64,000 nt of DNA from an uncultured Candidatus Saccharibacteria bacterium (GCA_964390265.1 CAYMHI010000001.1:8345-72344), one strand, 5' to 3'. Shown: positions 27,353-37,953, numbered from the stretch's first letter. Numbers and translations are program-made. The notes: generated by a model from the sequence alone, not told the origin.

Positions 27353-28573
27353 ATGAGTGAACCAAACGGCCTAGATGGCCAAGCTGAACCTACTGAAGAA
27401 CGTAAGGGATTAGAACCATTAGAACCAAAGCAGCCTAAGCAATTAGACTGGAGTGAATATCGCAAAATTGCCGACCAAAAAGCTATTGGTGTTCGAAAAG
27501 TTGGATTGCTAGATGAAAAGCAAGCTATACAGGCATTAAGTGATGAGCGCACTATTACCATACCGACCGAAATTGGCGATATACCAATCTTTACCCCTAT
27601 TGAATATGCCTCGGGTTTTGATGTCGATAGAGCTACTGGAATTGCCCGAAATCACACAATGGGGCAAGTTGAAGCACTTTATTACTTTTGTGTGCCACCA
27701 AATTTACTCGCGGAAGAAACTCACTACCAAATAATTGTTGACAACCTCAAGAGGCTTAGCAGTCATCAAGTAGGGATTTACTTTGATTTTGTCGAAAATG
27801 ATCCAAAGTCTAGAGATGAACTGTTGGCTCTCTTAAGCAAGACCGGGGTTGACTACAGCGAAATTGCTTTGCACGATGGCCGATCAGAACATGGCGATCG
27901 AGACGTATCTATTAATTTTTATAGATGCGTAACTTCGCGAACAGAAATGAAACCTACAGATCTCCCCAACATAGATATCTATGAAGCTTATACAAGGGCA
28001 TGTGAAATGGGTGAATTCGAATATATGCCAAGAGATGGAGCAGCAATACTAAAAGGTAGTGAGCTACAAGTTGATTTAGTTGAAAAGCTATGGGAGATAT
28101 ATCAAAATCGTTTTGAATGGCTTGGTGAGAATCATCCCATTTCAATGGAGGACGAGAAAGATCAATTTATCGAAGCACTAAAAGATAACAATACTACGCT
28201 TAGTATATTTTTTAAAGATGGTGAGCCAGTGTGCTGGACGTATTTCACAACCAACACAGAAGCTGAATACTGGCTCAATAAATCATTTATTCAAAAACAT
28301 ATTGAGCCTGGTACTGAACTACTATTCTTTCCAGGTATAGTTGCTAAAAAGATCGATGATATGGCTGGTTTTTCTGAACCTACGCTGAAGTTGGCTGCGC
28401 AAATGATTGGTCGTACTAGCCGAGACTATACAGTAATGTTTGAAAATACTGGTGTATCGGAGGAGTATATACCTAGGCTCGTCAAAGAATATGCCGATTC
28501 CTCTGAAACAATAACAGTAGATTTACCAGTTAAGATAGATAACACTTTATATGGACTGGTAATAACCAACTAA
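27353..28573 (+). CDS. Hypothetical protein, possible C-terminal GNAT-like fold
   Basis: 406 aa, AAGGAG RBS overlapping the decarboxylase stop; LWEIYQ..F...SIFFKDGEPVCW...FFPGIV pattern. Confidence 0.65.
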   Translation: MSEPNGLDGQAEPTEERKGLEPLEPKQPKQLDWSEYRKIADQKAIGVRKVGLLDEKQAIQALSDERTITIPTEIGDIPIFTPIEYASGFDVDRATGIARNHTMGQVEALYYFCVPPNLLAEETHYQIIVDNLKRLSSHQVGIYFDFVENDPKSRDELLALLSKTGVDYSEIALHDGRSEHGDRDVSINFYRCVTSRTEMKPTDLPNIDIYEAYTRACEMGEFEYMPRDGAAILKGSELQVDLVEKLWEIYQNRFEWLGENHPISMEDEKDQFIEALKDNNTTLSIFFKDGEPVCWTYFTTNTEAEYWLNKSFIQKHIEPGTELLFFPGIVAKKIDDMAGFSEPTLKLAAQMIGRTSRDYTVMFENTGVSEEYIPRLVKEYADSSETITVDLPVKIDNTLYGLVITN

Positions 28574-28583
28574 TAGCCAAGGT

Positions 28584-29516
28584 TTACTTGGCTTTTTTAT
28601 ATATAACTTTATATTTTTTTAAAAAGTCAGTGGGGTGTTTTCGTTCTTTACTAGTTCGGAGGCCCTGGATACCCAAATCTGGTTCAAAGTTCAATTTTGT
28701 AATATTATCCATCGCTAATTTTTTACATGCCTCTATAAATAAAAAGCTATGGATATGTTCGTACTTCATATTACCCTTAGTAAAATGACATGTTGCAAAA
28801 TCATCTCTACCAAGCTCGCAAATAAAAAATCCAATTGGCTTGTCCTTTTCTTTAATAATAAATCCCCACGGAGTAATGAAATTATCTGGTAAATAATGAA
28901 ACATCTTATTAATTGCAATAAACTCGTAGTCAAACTCCCTAGGGTCGGGTTTGGACTGGAGCCAGTCGTCAAAAATTATTTTGATGTCACGGTATGTTTC
29001 ACTATCAAATTTTGTAATTGGATATGTGCTAATCTTTTTACCGTAAGCTTCGTAAAAGTTGTTATACTCCCTACGGAGACCTTCCTTCTTATTGCCCGCC
29101 AAATCTACAAATTCGTCTGTAGAATAGATATAGTCAAAATCATCTCTAATGGGTTCAACATCAAAGACTTTGTCGATGTCAGTTATTGAGCTTTCTGGTA
29201 CATATCGTAAAAAATCATTATTTAAATGTTCTTGGCTATAATCAATTAATTTAGTTATAGTATCTTCTTTCAGGTTATCACCCAAGAAACTCAAAAAATG
29301 ATTTTTATCATCAGTATAATCTGTGAATTTAACTACTAAGTTATTATTTAGTTTCGAAACCTCCAGCTTGTTATCAGTGTTCCAGCAGTATAGGTTACCA
29401 AGTGAGTAGTCGTGATATGGTGGATACTTAGCTGTAAGTTCAATAATATCATCCCTCATCTCTAAAGATAATTTAGAGAAACTAGGGAAGTTTGGAATTG
29501 TATGTATTGCCGTCAT
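28584..29516 (-). CDS. DUF2156 / aminoacyl-PG synthase C-terminal-like protein
   Basis: DYS..NLYCW, RDDFDYIY, LAG....R...N.F, HF.K, N.E.DLGI.GLR.SK...P. Confidence 0.85.
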   Translation of the reverse strand: MTAIHTIPNFPSFSKLSLEMRDDIIELTAKYPPYHDYSLGNLYCWNTDNKLEVSKLNNNLVVKFTDYTDDKNHFLSFLGDNLKEDTITKLIDYSQEHLNNDFLRYVPESSITDIDKVFDVEPIRDDFDYIYSTDEFVDLAGNKKEGLRREYNNFYEAYGKKISTYPITKFDSETYRDIKIIFDDWLQSKPDPREFDYEFIAINKMFHYLPDNFITPWGFIIKEKDKPIGFFICELGRDDFATCHFTKGNMKYEHIHSFLFIEACKKLAMDNITKLNFEPDLGIQGLRTSKERKHPTDFLKKYKVIYKKAK

Positions 29517-29581
29517 AATAAGTAATATAGTTATATAATAGCTTAAGAGTAACTTAGATTATATAATTAAAGCAAATCCTT

Positions 29582-31789
29582 ATGAACAACCTATACATAA
29601 TTCAATCGCTAGCATATCTACCAATTATTATCGGCATTAGTATTATTGGTATAATTGCCCTAATACGCCAAAAAGGCAAGGGCGTGGGTTATTTTGGCGT
29701 AATGTCAATCATGATCGCAATTTGGCTTACTTGGCAGTCGCTGGCTCAACTTAATATTGGTGCATATACAGACTTGATAATGTTACGTTTAGCTAGTGCT
29801 ACATCGGTATTTCTTGGTATGTTTTTTGTGCTTTTTATGCGCGATTACACAAATAAAACGAAGCGAAAAATTATTTTAATAGTTTACGGCGTATCCGCAT
29901 CAATCCTTTTCGTGCTAAATCTAACTAGTCTGGGAATTACCAATGTTACGGTTAATGAATCCGGCTTAACCATAAATGACGTAGGTATATTTTACTACGT
30001 CAGCCTAATGGTGGTTGTGGCGTTTTTTATTTACGGCTTTGTAATACTAATAATCGACACAAAAAAACGTGTTAAATCGGATCGAACAGCAAATTATTAT
30101 ATATTTATAGGTTTTGCTCAAGCAGTAATAATTACTGTTTTAACAACTACACTTTTGGCGCCATACCCTGCCTCCCAGATACTTATTCCAATTTCACTAT
30201 TTATCTTAACTCTGTTAACGGCCTTAGCAATTATAAGGCATAGACTTTTTGACATTCGCCTGGTTGCAGTCCGTGCGCTTACCTACCTTCTTTCTATAGG
30301 GCTGTTAGCTACAGTATATGCATTTATAGCATTTAACTTAGCAAATATATTTATAGAAAATTGGAGTGTAAGCCTTAAAGAATCTTTTTACGCCTTACTA
30401 GCAGTTATTTTAGCTCTTACATTTGCCCCAATTAAAAAATTCTTTGAGCGCGTTACAAATAGAATATTTTTTAGAGACCAGTACGACTCGCAAGCTCTAA
30501 TAAACAAAATTGGTCGTATACTAGCAAGCGAGATAGATCTCGACAAGGTTTCGCACCAAGTAATAAACGAGCTCTGCACTCAAATCAAAATAGAGAAAGC
30601 CGAGATAGTGGTGTTTGGCGAGAAACAACTATTTTATGAAAACAATGTTTTTAAATCTACCAAAGACAATATTGGTCAAAAAGAGTTGCGTAAGTTGGGC
30701 CGTACTATGTTAGTGCGCGACGATCAGCAATCGACTGAGCGTAAAGACTTAATGCAGAAATACGGAATAAGTGTTAGCTTAGCATTGCGTACCAGCGAGA
30801 GGTTTATTGGTTATCTACTTCTAAGCGACAAAAAAAGCGGTGACATATACAGCTCAGAAGACATTAATGTACTAAAAATAATTGGTAGCGAATTAAGTGT
30901 AGCTATTCAAAACGCCCTTAGCTATAAAGAAATACAACTATTTAACGAAACTTTGACAGAAAAAGTACGCCAACGCACCGCTCAGCTTAAGAGCGCAAAC
31001 GATCAGCTGCATTTACTCGACCAAGCCAAAGATGAATTTATATCTATGGCCTCTCATCAGTTGCGTACACCACTTACAACTGTAAAGGGCTATGCTAGTA
31101 TGTTAGACGAGGGCGACTTTGGTAAGCTCACTCGTGAACAGCGCGAAAAGGTTGAACTAACCCTTGATGGCGCCAATAGAATGGCTCGCCTCATAGACGA
31201 TCTTCTAAACGTAAGTAGAATGGATGCTAATAGGTTCTTTTTGGAAGTGACTGAGGTAGATATCGTTAAGGTAGTGGCAGAGGAGATACAGCAACTTCAG
31301 TCTATGGCCGAGAGTAAAAAAGTGGCTATTGAATATACGCCACCAAGTGAAAAAATACCAACCATACGTTTAGACGAAAACAAAACTCGCCAAGTAATAA
31401 TGAATTTGGTAGATAATGCAATTCACTACAGTCAGCCACCGCTTGGTGGTGGCGAAGCCAACGTTAGCCTAAAAGCTAATGATAAAAACATTGAATTTGT
31501 AGTGCGCGATAACGGAATAGGCGTACCAGCCGATGTGCAAAAAAAACTATTTACCAAGATGTTTAGAGCCAATAATGCCAAGGCTGCTCGACCCGATGGA
31601 ACGGGCCTAGGTCTATATTTGGTAAAAAGAGTTATTGAGGATGAAGGTGGCGAGATAATTTTTGAGAGTGTTGAGGGCAAGGGTAGTACCTTTGGTTTTA
31701 AGTTGCCGCTAGCCGGAGTGCCAAAAGAAGTAGAAGAGAAAAGTCGTAAAATTGCTACCAAGGTAGCCGCTACTCAGAAATCAGAATAA
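29582..31789 (+). CDS. Sensor histidine kinase with N-terminal 7TM (HisKA_7TM-like) and GAF domains
   Basis: Multiple TMs, RHRLFDI, GAF, ASHQLRTPLT, NLVDNA, DNGIG, GTGLGL, GSTF. Confidence 0.93.
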   Translation: MNNLYIIQSLAYLPIIIGISIIGIIALIRQKGKGVGYFGVMSIMIAIWLTWQSLAQLNIGAYTDLIMLRLASATSVFLGMFFVLFMRDYTNKTKRKIILIVYGVSASILFVLNLTSLGITNVTVNESGLTINDVGIFYYVSLMVVVAFFIYGFVILIIDTKKRVKSDRTANYYIFIGFAQAVIITVLTTTLLAPYPASQILIPISLFILTLLTALAIIRHRLFDIRLVAVRALTYLLSIGLLATVYAFIAFNLANIFIENWSVSLKESFYALLAVILALTFAPIKKFFERVTNRIFFRDQYDSQALINKIGRILASEIDLDKVSHQVINELCTQIKIEKAEIVVFGEKQLFYENNVFKSTKDNIGQKELRKLGRTMLVRDDQQSTERKDLMQKYGISVSLALRTSERFIGYLLLSDKKSGDIYSSEDINVLKIIGSELSVAIQNALSYKEIQLFNETLTEKVRQRTAQLKSANDQLHLLDQAKDEFISMASHQLRTPLTTVKGYASMLDEGDFGKLTREQREKVELTLDGANRMARLIDDLLNVSRMDANRFFLEVTEVDIVKVVAEEIQQLQSMAESKKVAIEYTPPSEKIPTIRLDENKTRQVIMNLVDNAIHYSQPPLGGGEANVSLKANDKNIEFVVRDNGIGVPADVQKKLFTKMFRANNAKAARPDGTGLGLYLVKRVIEDEGGEIIFESVEGKGSTFGFKLPLAGVPKEVEEKSRKIATKVAATQKSE

Positions 31790-31814
31790 ACAGTATAGTG
31801 TATAATACTATACT

Positions 31815-32219
31815 ATGAAGTGCTCATATTATTTTAACCCAATTAATGCGTCTGACATATTTGAATATTTTCAAATAGATTTTAAGTTTGAAGACTTGCT
31901 TTTGATTGGATATGAGCATGTTACTCCAGATAGTGCACTTGCTTTGTATAAAAACCAACATCGGTTCTATGTCTTGTATCTAGAAGATTACGTGACTAGC
32001 TTAGAAGCTGTAAAAAAAATTATCGATACAATTTATCATGTTGATGTTAAACGTTTTTTATCAGTAAAAACTCCTGATGAAAAATCTGTTAAAACTGAGG
32101 ATTTTCATATGTATAATAAATTTAACGAAGGGAACTATGCTTTTCTAGTAGAGGTAGCACCTCGAAAAGATACCTTAAACGAGTTTTTATTAACAGAAAC
32201 TAGCTCATCAAATAACTAG
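31815..32219 (+). CDS. Hypothetical protein
   Basis: 134-aa ORF with TATAAT 8 nt upstream. Confidence 0.55.
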   Translation: MKCSYYFNPINASDIFEYFQIDFKFEDLLLIGYEHVTPDSALALYKNQHRFYVLYLEDYVTSLEAVKKIIDTIYHVDVKRFLSVKTPDEKSVKTEDFHMYNKFNEGNYAFLVEVAPRKDTLNEFLLTETSSSNN

Positions 32220-32305
32220 AATTATATTGAATTTGTAGTCTAAGTATGTAATAATGGCACCTTATTTGGGGAATACCTAAACGTACATACAACAAAGGAA
32301 GGCAA

Positions 32306-33004
32306 ATGAGCACTTTTGCTGATTTGAAGCCACTGGCCGAGGAGCGAGAAAGACTCTGGGGAGTAAAATCTGAAGCAAAAGAAGGACACGATAGATCTTG
32401 GGAAAATCTTACCTCTCTTCAAAAAAGCTATGGACCAAGAATTGATAGTTTAAACCTTGAGCACGACAGGGTATACGAGGATATGCGTCAAGCTTTCGAA
32501 CGAGCCTCAAGTGCTTACTCAAGTGGCGATCATACCGGTGCTTCTAGCTACTCAAGCGAAGGTAGGTCGTTAAAGGCAAAGTTACCAGGCTTGGTTGCCG
32601 AACGAAGAGCATTAATTGCCGAATTAAGATCAGCTCAAAGCAAACATAAAGAGTGGCGAGCGTATCTAAAGGCATGCAATGAGGCTTTTTATGCTGCCAA
32701 GCAGAGATACGACAACGCCTGGAAACAATTTAAGAGTGAACAGCAGGCATATGTTAGAAATGCCGGTGTAGATACCCATGGTGAAGATTTATACATCAAA
32801 TCTAGAGAAGATGGCAATACCGACATCTTTTTTGGTGGATATGACGGCCCTGAAGGTGAAGGCCACGGCCATATAATAATTGGACCATACGGCAACCTAA
32901 TTTATATTCGTGAGGCAGAAAAATATATGCCCAATACTACACCAGGTAAAGCTGGTTACCACGAACGTGTAATATTCGACGAATTAAGGGGTATAAGAAA
33001 TTAG
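32306..33004 (+). CDS. Coiled-coil hypothetical protein with DUF1771-like segment
   Basis: AFERASSAYSSGDH..A..YS.EGR; RBS; terminator 33009-33041. Confidence 0.7.
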   Translation: MSTFADLKPLAEERERLWGVKSEAKEGHDRSWENLTSLQKSYGPRIDSLNLEHDRVYEDMRQAFERASSAYSSGDHTGASSYSSEGRSLKAKLPGLVAERRALIAELRSAQSKHKEWRAYLKACNEAFYAAKQRYDNAWKQFKSEQQAYVRNAGVDTHGEDLYIKSREDGNTDIFFGGYDGPEGEGHGHIIIGPYGNLIYIREAEKYMPNTTPGKAGYHERVIFDELRGIRN

Positions 33005-33076
33005 ATTGATGCTACTTAGAGATAAGTAGCATTTTTATTTTAAGCATTTAAAAATGTAGCTACACTAATAAAATAT

Positions 33077-34276
33077 TTAAATACTAAGACGCACCGACTT
33101 GGTCATTAGCACTTCAAGTCCTGGCAGTTTTTTACCAGCAAGCAACTCTAGACTTGCTCCGCCGCCGGTAGATACAAAACTAAAATGTTCAGCTAACCCC
33201 TCTGTGTCTACAAACGCGGCCGTATCGCCACCGCCCACTATAGTTTGAGCATCGGAGCTTATCATGGCATGGGCCAGACTTTCGCTAGCTATAGCAAAGG
33301 CCGGCAGCTCTGCTATACCCATAGTTCCATTCCAAAAGACTGTTTTGCTTTGCGAAACATTTTTATTAAACACCTTCATAGTATCGGGGCCTATATCGAG
33401 CGCCATGTCACCGGGCTCTAATTTGTCAATATCAACCACTCGTCCTTTTTGGCGCGCATCAACCTTTTTGGCAACGACTAAATCGGTGGGTAATACTAGT
33501 TTTACGCCGTGTCTTTTTGCAGAGTTGATAATAGTGAGGGCATCTTTAATGTTGCTTTTTTCTACTTTACTACTACGTAGACTGTACCCCTGAGCTACTA
33601 AAAAATTATTGGCCATGGCACCACCAATTAGTAAGGTGTCTACGTGTTTGAGCAGTTCTCTTAGTACGTCTATCTTGTCGCTTACTTTAGCACCACCAAT
33701 TATTGCGGTATATGGGTGTGCGGGCTTGTTCATTAACATACTAAACATCTCATACTCTTTTTGCACCAATTTACCTGCGGCGTGGGGAATAAGTTTTGGT
33801 ACTCCAACCGTACTAGCATGCGCCCTGTGCACAGTGGCAAAGGCATCATCAATATAAAATTCAGCTAAGGCTGCTAATTGTTTTGCGAAATCTTTATTAT
33901 TAGATTCTTCGCCTGGATGAAAACGCAAGTTTTCGAGCAACATAATATCGCCTGGTCGCAAATAACCAGCAGTTTTATCAACCTCTTCACCTACGCAATC
34001 ATCTAAAAAAATAACATCACGATTAAGTAGACGAGGCAAGAGCTTGGCTACTGGCCGTAAGCTCATACTTTCCACACGCTTGCCGTTTGGCCTTCCGTTG
34101 TGGCTCGCCAAAATAATTGAGCAGTTTCTTTCTAGCAAATATTTGATTGTAGGCAGGCTAGAGATTACCCTAAACTCATCAATTATTTTTCCGTCGGTTA
34201 CTACATTGTAATCTACCCGTAAAAATACTTTTTTATTTTCTATATCAACATTATCAAGCGTAAGCAATTTGTTCAT
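33077..34276 (-). CDS. pgk: Phosphoglycerate kinase
   Basis: RVDYNV, SHNGRP, LLENLRF, GGAKVSDK, GGGDT, STGGGASLE. Confidence 0.97.
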   Translation of the reverse strand: MNKLLTLDNVDIENKKVFLRVDYNVVTDGKIIDEFRVISSLPTIKYLLERNCSIILASHNGRPNGKRVESMSLRPVAKLLPRLLNRDVIFLDDCVGEEVDKTAGYLRPGDIMLLENLRFHPGEESNNKDFAKQLAALAEFYIDDAFATVHRAHASTVGVPKLIPHAAGKLVQKEYEMFSMLMNKPAHPYTAIIGGAKVSDKIDVLRELLKHVDTLLIGGAMANNFLVAQGYSLRSSKVEKSNIKDALTIINSAKRHGVKLVLPTDLVVAKKVDARQKGRVVDIDKLEPGDMALDIGPDTMKVFNKNVSQSKTVFWNGTMGIAELPAFAIASESLAHAMISSDAQTIVGGGDTAAFVDTEGLAEHFSFVSTGGGASLELLAGKKLPGLEVLMTKSVRLSI

Positions 34277-34309
34277 ATCAATAGTTTAGCATATCGCTCA
34301 GATTATTAA

Positions 34310-34840
34310 TTATTCTCTTTGTTGCTCAGGTTCTAATAAATAGGATAATTGAGTTAATGCTCTACCCAGCTGTAGTGTAGACCGACCCTTAATTATGTCA
34401 TCAGACAGTTTAGCAATATTTTCTATGGATTCTGTTATATTAAACCAATTAATGAGATTGAATATGTGCGTAGGTACTTTTACTTTTGGTGAGCCATCAA
34501 CTATAGTCTTCTCAACCCTAGCTAGCTCTCCGCCATCTATACACCAGGTGGGAACTGACGTCCCCTCGTGAGTTGTAAATGAAGTTAATATTCCCTTGTC
34601 GCTGCCTTCCTGCGAGAGCCTTAGATATTCTTGCCATTGAGTATGACTACTGTCCACAAACGGCTGTAGTACTTTTCTTGCTTGTGTTGTGGCCAGTAAA
34701 AGCTGCTCTCTTAACTCTTGAGTCAATATTACATCTCGTCCAAAATATTTGCCTGGTTCTGAGGCTAATTGGGTGAGTTCTCTAAGCTGTTGTCTATCCA
34801 GCTCTTTCTCGTTGGTTGGTGTAGGCTCGTTAGGTGGCAC
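34310..34840 (-). CDS. Hypothetical protein
   Basis: 176-aa ORF with GTG start between pgk and tRNA-Glu. Confidence 0.55.
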   Translation of the reverse strand: MPPNEPTPTNEKELDRQQLRELTQLASEPGKYFGRDVILTQELREQLLLATTQARKVLQPFVDSSHTQWQEYLRLSQEGSDKGILTSFTTHEGTSVPTWCIDGGELARVEKTIVDGSPKVKVPTHIFNLINWFNITESIENIAKLSDDIIKGRSTLQLGRALTQLSYLLEPEQQRE

Positions 34841-34945
34841 AATAATATCTTATATCTAAACTATATCATAATGCCCTATGCTCAAAATAGTTTAGCTTCA
34901 AGGCTTAATATTTAGTCTAACAAAAACATTCATTATAAATGCAGT

Positions 34946-35020
34946 TGGTGACCCCAAGGGGATTCGAACCCCTGTTGCCAGGATGAAAACCTGGTGTCCT
35001 AACCCCTAGACGATGGGGCC
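34946..35020 (-). tRNA. tRNA-Glu (UUC)
   Basis: Cloverleaf, CCAGG-TTTTCAT-CCTGG, CCA end. Confidence 0.96.
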
Positions 35021-35146
35021 ATCAACTAAACTCATAACGTGATTAACAGATAGAATCATACCATATTACCAATTCTAACTCAAGGCTTTATTGAAAGGCA
35101 TCTTTACTTATAGTATAGTAAGCGTAAGAATTAAAAAAGGATAGTT

Positions 35147-35422
35147 ATGACAGCTGAGGGCCCGCCAGAAATACCTAAAAAAGCGCAAATAGCTCAACTA
35201 AGAGAGTTTGGTTACGAACCAAATAATCCCGTAGACGAAACAACTCGCGCACGGCTTAACTTAGACTTGTCGGATACTCCGCCACCTATTGTGCCCGATG
35301 GAAGTGTTGCTATTGAGCCGCTCAGCAACTCCGTTAAACCTATGGCTGTAGATAATACGGCTAAAGAACCGCCCTATGACTGGCAAGAAAACGATCCGGA
35401 TCTCGCTAATGACAAACCCTAA
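35147..35422 (+). CDS. Small Pro/Asp-rich hypothetical protein
   Basis: 91 aa, AAGGA RBS. Confidence 0.5.
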   Translation: MTAEGPPEIPKKAQIAQLREFGYEPNNPVDETTRARLNLDLSDTPPPIVPDGSVAIEPLSNSVKPMAVDNTAKEPPYDWQENDPDLANDKP

Positions 35423-35531
35423 GACTCAGGTGTTACCAAAAATATTTCTGATTCCGCATAAAAGCCACAATTAATAATAGTTATCGAGTAAACCCCTAGA
35501 AACTTGCTTGTGCTTGAAGTATAGTTAAGTA

Positions 35532-37064
35532 ATGAGCATAGATGCATCGAAATTCAAAAAAACTAAAATAATTGCCACCATTGGCCCTGCCAGCGAAGAC
35601 AAGGTGGAGCAGCTTTTACAAGCGGGTGTAAACGGAGTAAGACTAAATTTTAGCCACAATACCCACGCTTGGCATAAATCGGTACTTGTTAATGCACGAA
35701 AAGCGGCCAAAAAGCTTGACCGTTCAGTAGCCGTTATCCAAGATCTACAGGGCCCCAAAATCCGCCTTGGCATATTACCACAGGGCGGTGTTGAGCTTAA
35801 GGCTGGCCAAAAACTCACCTTTTGCTTTAACAACAAATGTGAAGACGGTCATTTGCCAATTCAGTTTGATTTTTCGCATATCATCAAAAAAGGCCAAAGA
35901 ATATTTTTACGTGACGGTACGGTGGAGACCCAGATACTCGATATTAGAGACAAACTGGTAGAAGTAGAGGTAAAAAACTCTGGTAAGGTATCTAGCAACC
36001 ACGGTGTAAACTTGCCCGATACCGTTTTTGATTCAAAAACTATCCTCACCCCCAAAGACAAAAAAGATCTAGAGTTTGCCTACACCAACGATGTAGACTA
36101 CGTGGCACTTAGTTTTGTTCAAACCGCTCAAGATATACTATATTTAAAAGAACTGCTTAAAAAAAATGGCAGCCCAGCCCGGATCATTGCCAAAATAGAG
36201 ACCAAAGTTGCTACTCAAAATTTAGACGAAATAATTGCTGCGGCCGATGTAGTTATGATTGCTCGCGGCGACTTGGCTATAGAAACTAGCAATGAAGATG
36301 TGCCACTCATTGGTCGCGAAATTATCCAGCGCTCTAGGGCCTATAAAAAACCAGTAATTATGGCTACACAAATGTTAGAGAGTATGATTGCTAGTCCTCA
36401 GCCCACTCGGGCCGAAGTAAATGATATTGCCAGTGCCGTAAGTTTGGGAGTGAGCTGTGTAATGCTCAGCGGTGAAACTGCCGCAGGCCAGTACCCTTTG
36501 CAGACAGTTCAACTCATGAAGCGCGTAATTCTAAAAAGTGAAGGTTATTACTCTAGAAACAGATTAGAAATAGATGTTGTTCCAGATGTAGGCGGTGAGT
36601 CGGTGCAGATGCCGGTTGAGTACGAACAGCGCGTAGGAAAAGTTAATAGATTTATTACTGCATCACGTAAGCTACTTAAAAGTGTAAATAATGCCGGCAA
36701 ACTTGCTACAAATGACGCCCAAACCAGCGTAAGCCTTGCGGCAATAACCCTGGCCGAACAAGTTGGCGCCAAGATTATCTTGGCCGAAACACTTACAGGC
36801 TCAACAGCTTTATCAATTGCAGCCTTACGTCCGCCCATGCCGATGATTATTGCCTCACCATCAGAAAAGGTATGCAATCAAATGGCGTTGGTTTGGGGAG
36901 GTAAACCCTATTTGGTACCCAAAAAGCATCATATTAGTGGGGGTGTGATTAAAAAGCTTGTAAACAAAAAAAACTTGCAAACGGGTGACTGGGTAGTGTT
37001 GGCTTTTGGTACTCACGCCAGTGTAGTTGGCGGAACCGACACAGTTAGATTGATAGAAATTTAA
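35532..37064 (+). CDS. pyk: Pyruvate kinase
   Basis: TKIIATIGP, RLNFSH, DLQGPKIR, AKIE, ARGDL, ATQMLESM, LSGETA. Confidence 0.97.
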   Translation: MSIDASKFKKTKIIATIGPASEDKVEQLLQAGVNGVRLNFSHNTHAWHKSVLVNARKAAKKLDRSVAVIQDLQGPKIRLGILPQGGVELKAGQKLTFCFNNKCEDGHLPIQFDFSHIIKKGQRIFLRDGTVETQILDIRDKLVEVEVKNSGKVSSNHGVNLPDTVFDSKTILTPKDKKDLEFAYTNDVDYVALSFVQTAQDILYLKELLKKNGSPARIIAKIETKVATQNLDEIIAAADVVMIARGDLAIETSNEDVPLIGREIIQRSRAYKKPVIMATQMLESMIASPQPTRAEVNDIASAVSLGVSCVMLSGETAAGQYPLQTVQLMKRVILKSEGYYSRNRLEIDVVPDVGGESVQMPVEYEQRVGKVNRFITASRKLLKSVNNAGKLATNDAQTSVSLAAITLAEQVGAKIILAETLTGSTALSIAALRPPMPMIIASPSEKVCNQMALVWGGKPYLVPKKHHISGGVIKKLVNKKNLQTGDWVVLAFGTHASVVGGTDTVRLIEI

Positions 37065-37112
37065 ATAGACTCACTGCAGACAAGCAAGATTAAGTCGAGT
37101 ATAATAATGCTT

Positions 37113-37889
37113 ATGAATATTCCTAAAAAGTTAATTGTTGGCAACTGGAAAATGAACACTACTATCGCTGAAGGTTCGGTGCTTTTTAACAATTTGCGAA
37201 AGGATATTGGTGACTTGGCAGATTGTGATATTGTATTGTGCCCACCGGCAACTCACTTATTTTCATTACATAGAGAGTTGATATCAAATAAAACCAAAAC
37301 TAGTTTTAAACTAGGCGTACAAAATATTAGTGAGCACGAAATGGGCCCTTATACAGGCGAGATATCGGCGAGTATGGTTAAGGAGTTGGTAGATTACGTA
37401 ATAGTAGGTCATTCTGAACGCCGAAAATATTTCAACGAGACTGATAAAACCGACAGTCAAAAACTAGGTATTGCTATGCGGCATGGCTTGCGGCCAATTT
37501 TATGCGTGGGCGAAACTAAGCAAGAACGAGGTGATGGCCAAGCCAAGCAGGCTGTACTCGATCAACTCAATACTGCATTACGCGGTGTAACAGAAAAAGA
37601 ACTCAAGGATTTGGCTATAGCTTATGAGCCGGTTTGGGCAATCGGCACCGGCAATTTTGCCAAACCAGCGGTAGTAGAAGAGATGATAATGTTAGTACGT
37701 AACACGTTGGCTCAGACCTACGGACGTATAGCTAGTACCCATGTGCGGGTGCTTTATGGAGGCAGTGTCTCAGCTCAAAACACCAAAGCTTATTTGAACT
37801 TGCAGGGTGTAGATGGCTTATTTGTAGGCGGAGCCAGCCTAAACCACAATCAATTTAGCGCAATTGTAAAAGCTGCAACATCGGTCTAA
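37113..37889 (+). CDS. tpiA: Triosephosphate isomerase
   Basis: GNWKMN, GHSERR, AYEPVWAIGTG, YGGSV, VGGASL. Confidence 0.97.
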   Translation: MNIPKKLIVGNWKMNTTIAEGSVLFNNLRKDIGDLADCDIVLCPPATHLFSLHRELISNKTKTSFKLGVQNISEHEMGPYTGEISASMVKELVDYVIVGHSERRKYFNETDKTDSQKLGIAMRHGLRPILCVGETKQERGDGQAKQAVLDQLNTALRGVTEKELKDLAIAYEPVWAIGTGNFAKPAVVEEMIMLVRNTLAQTYGRIASTHVRVLYGGSVSAQNTKAYLNLQGVDGLFVGGASLNHNQFSAIVKAATSV

Positions 37890-37953
37890 TACTCTAGCAA
37901 TTTAAACCTACACGAGCTATAATAATCTCTATTAATTTAACAAGAAAGAAAAT

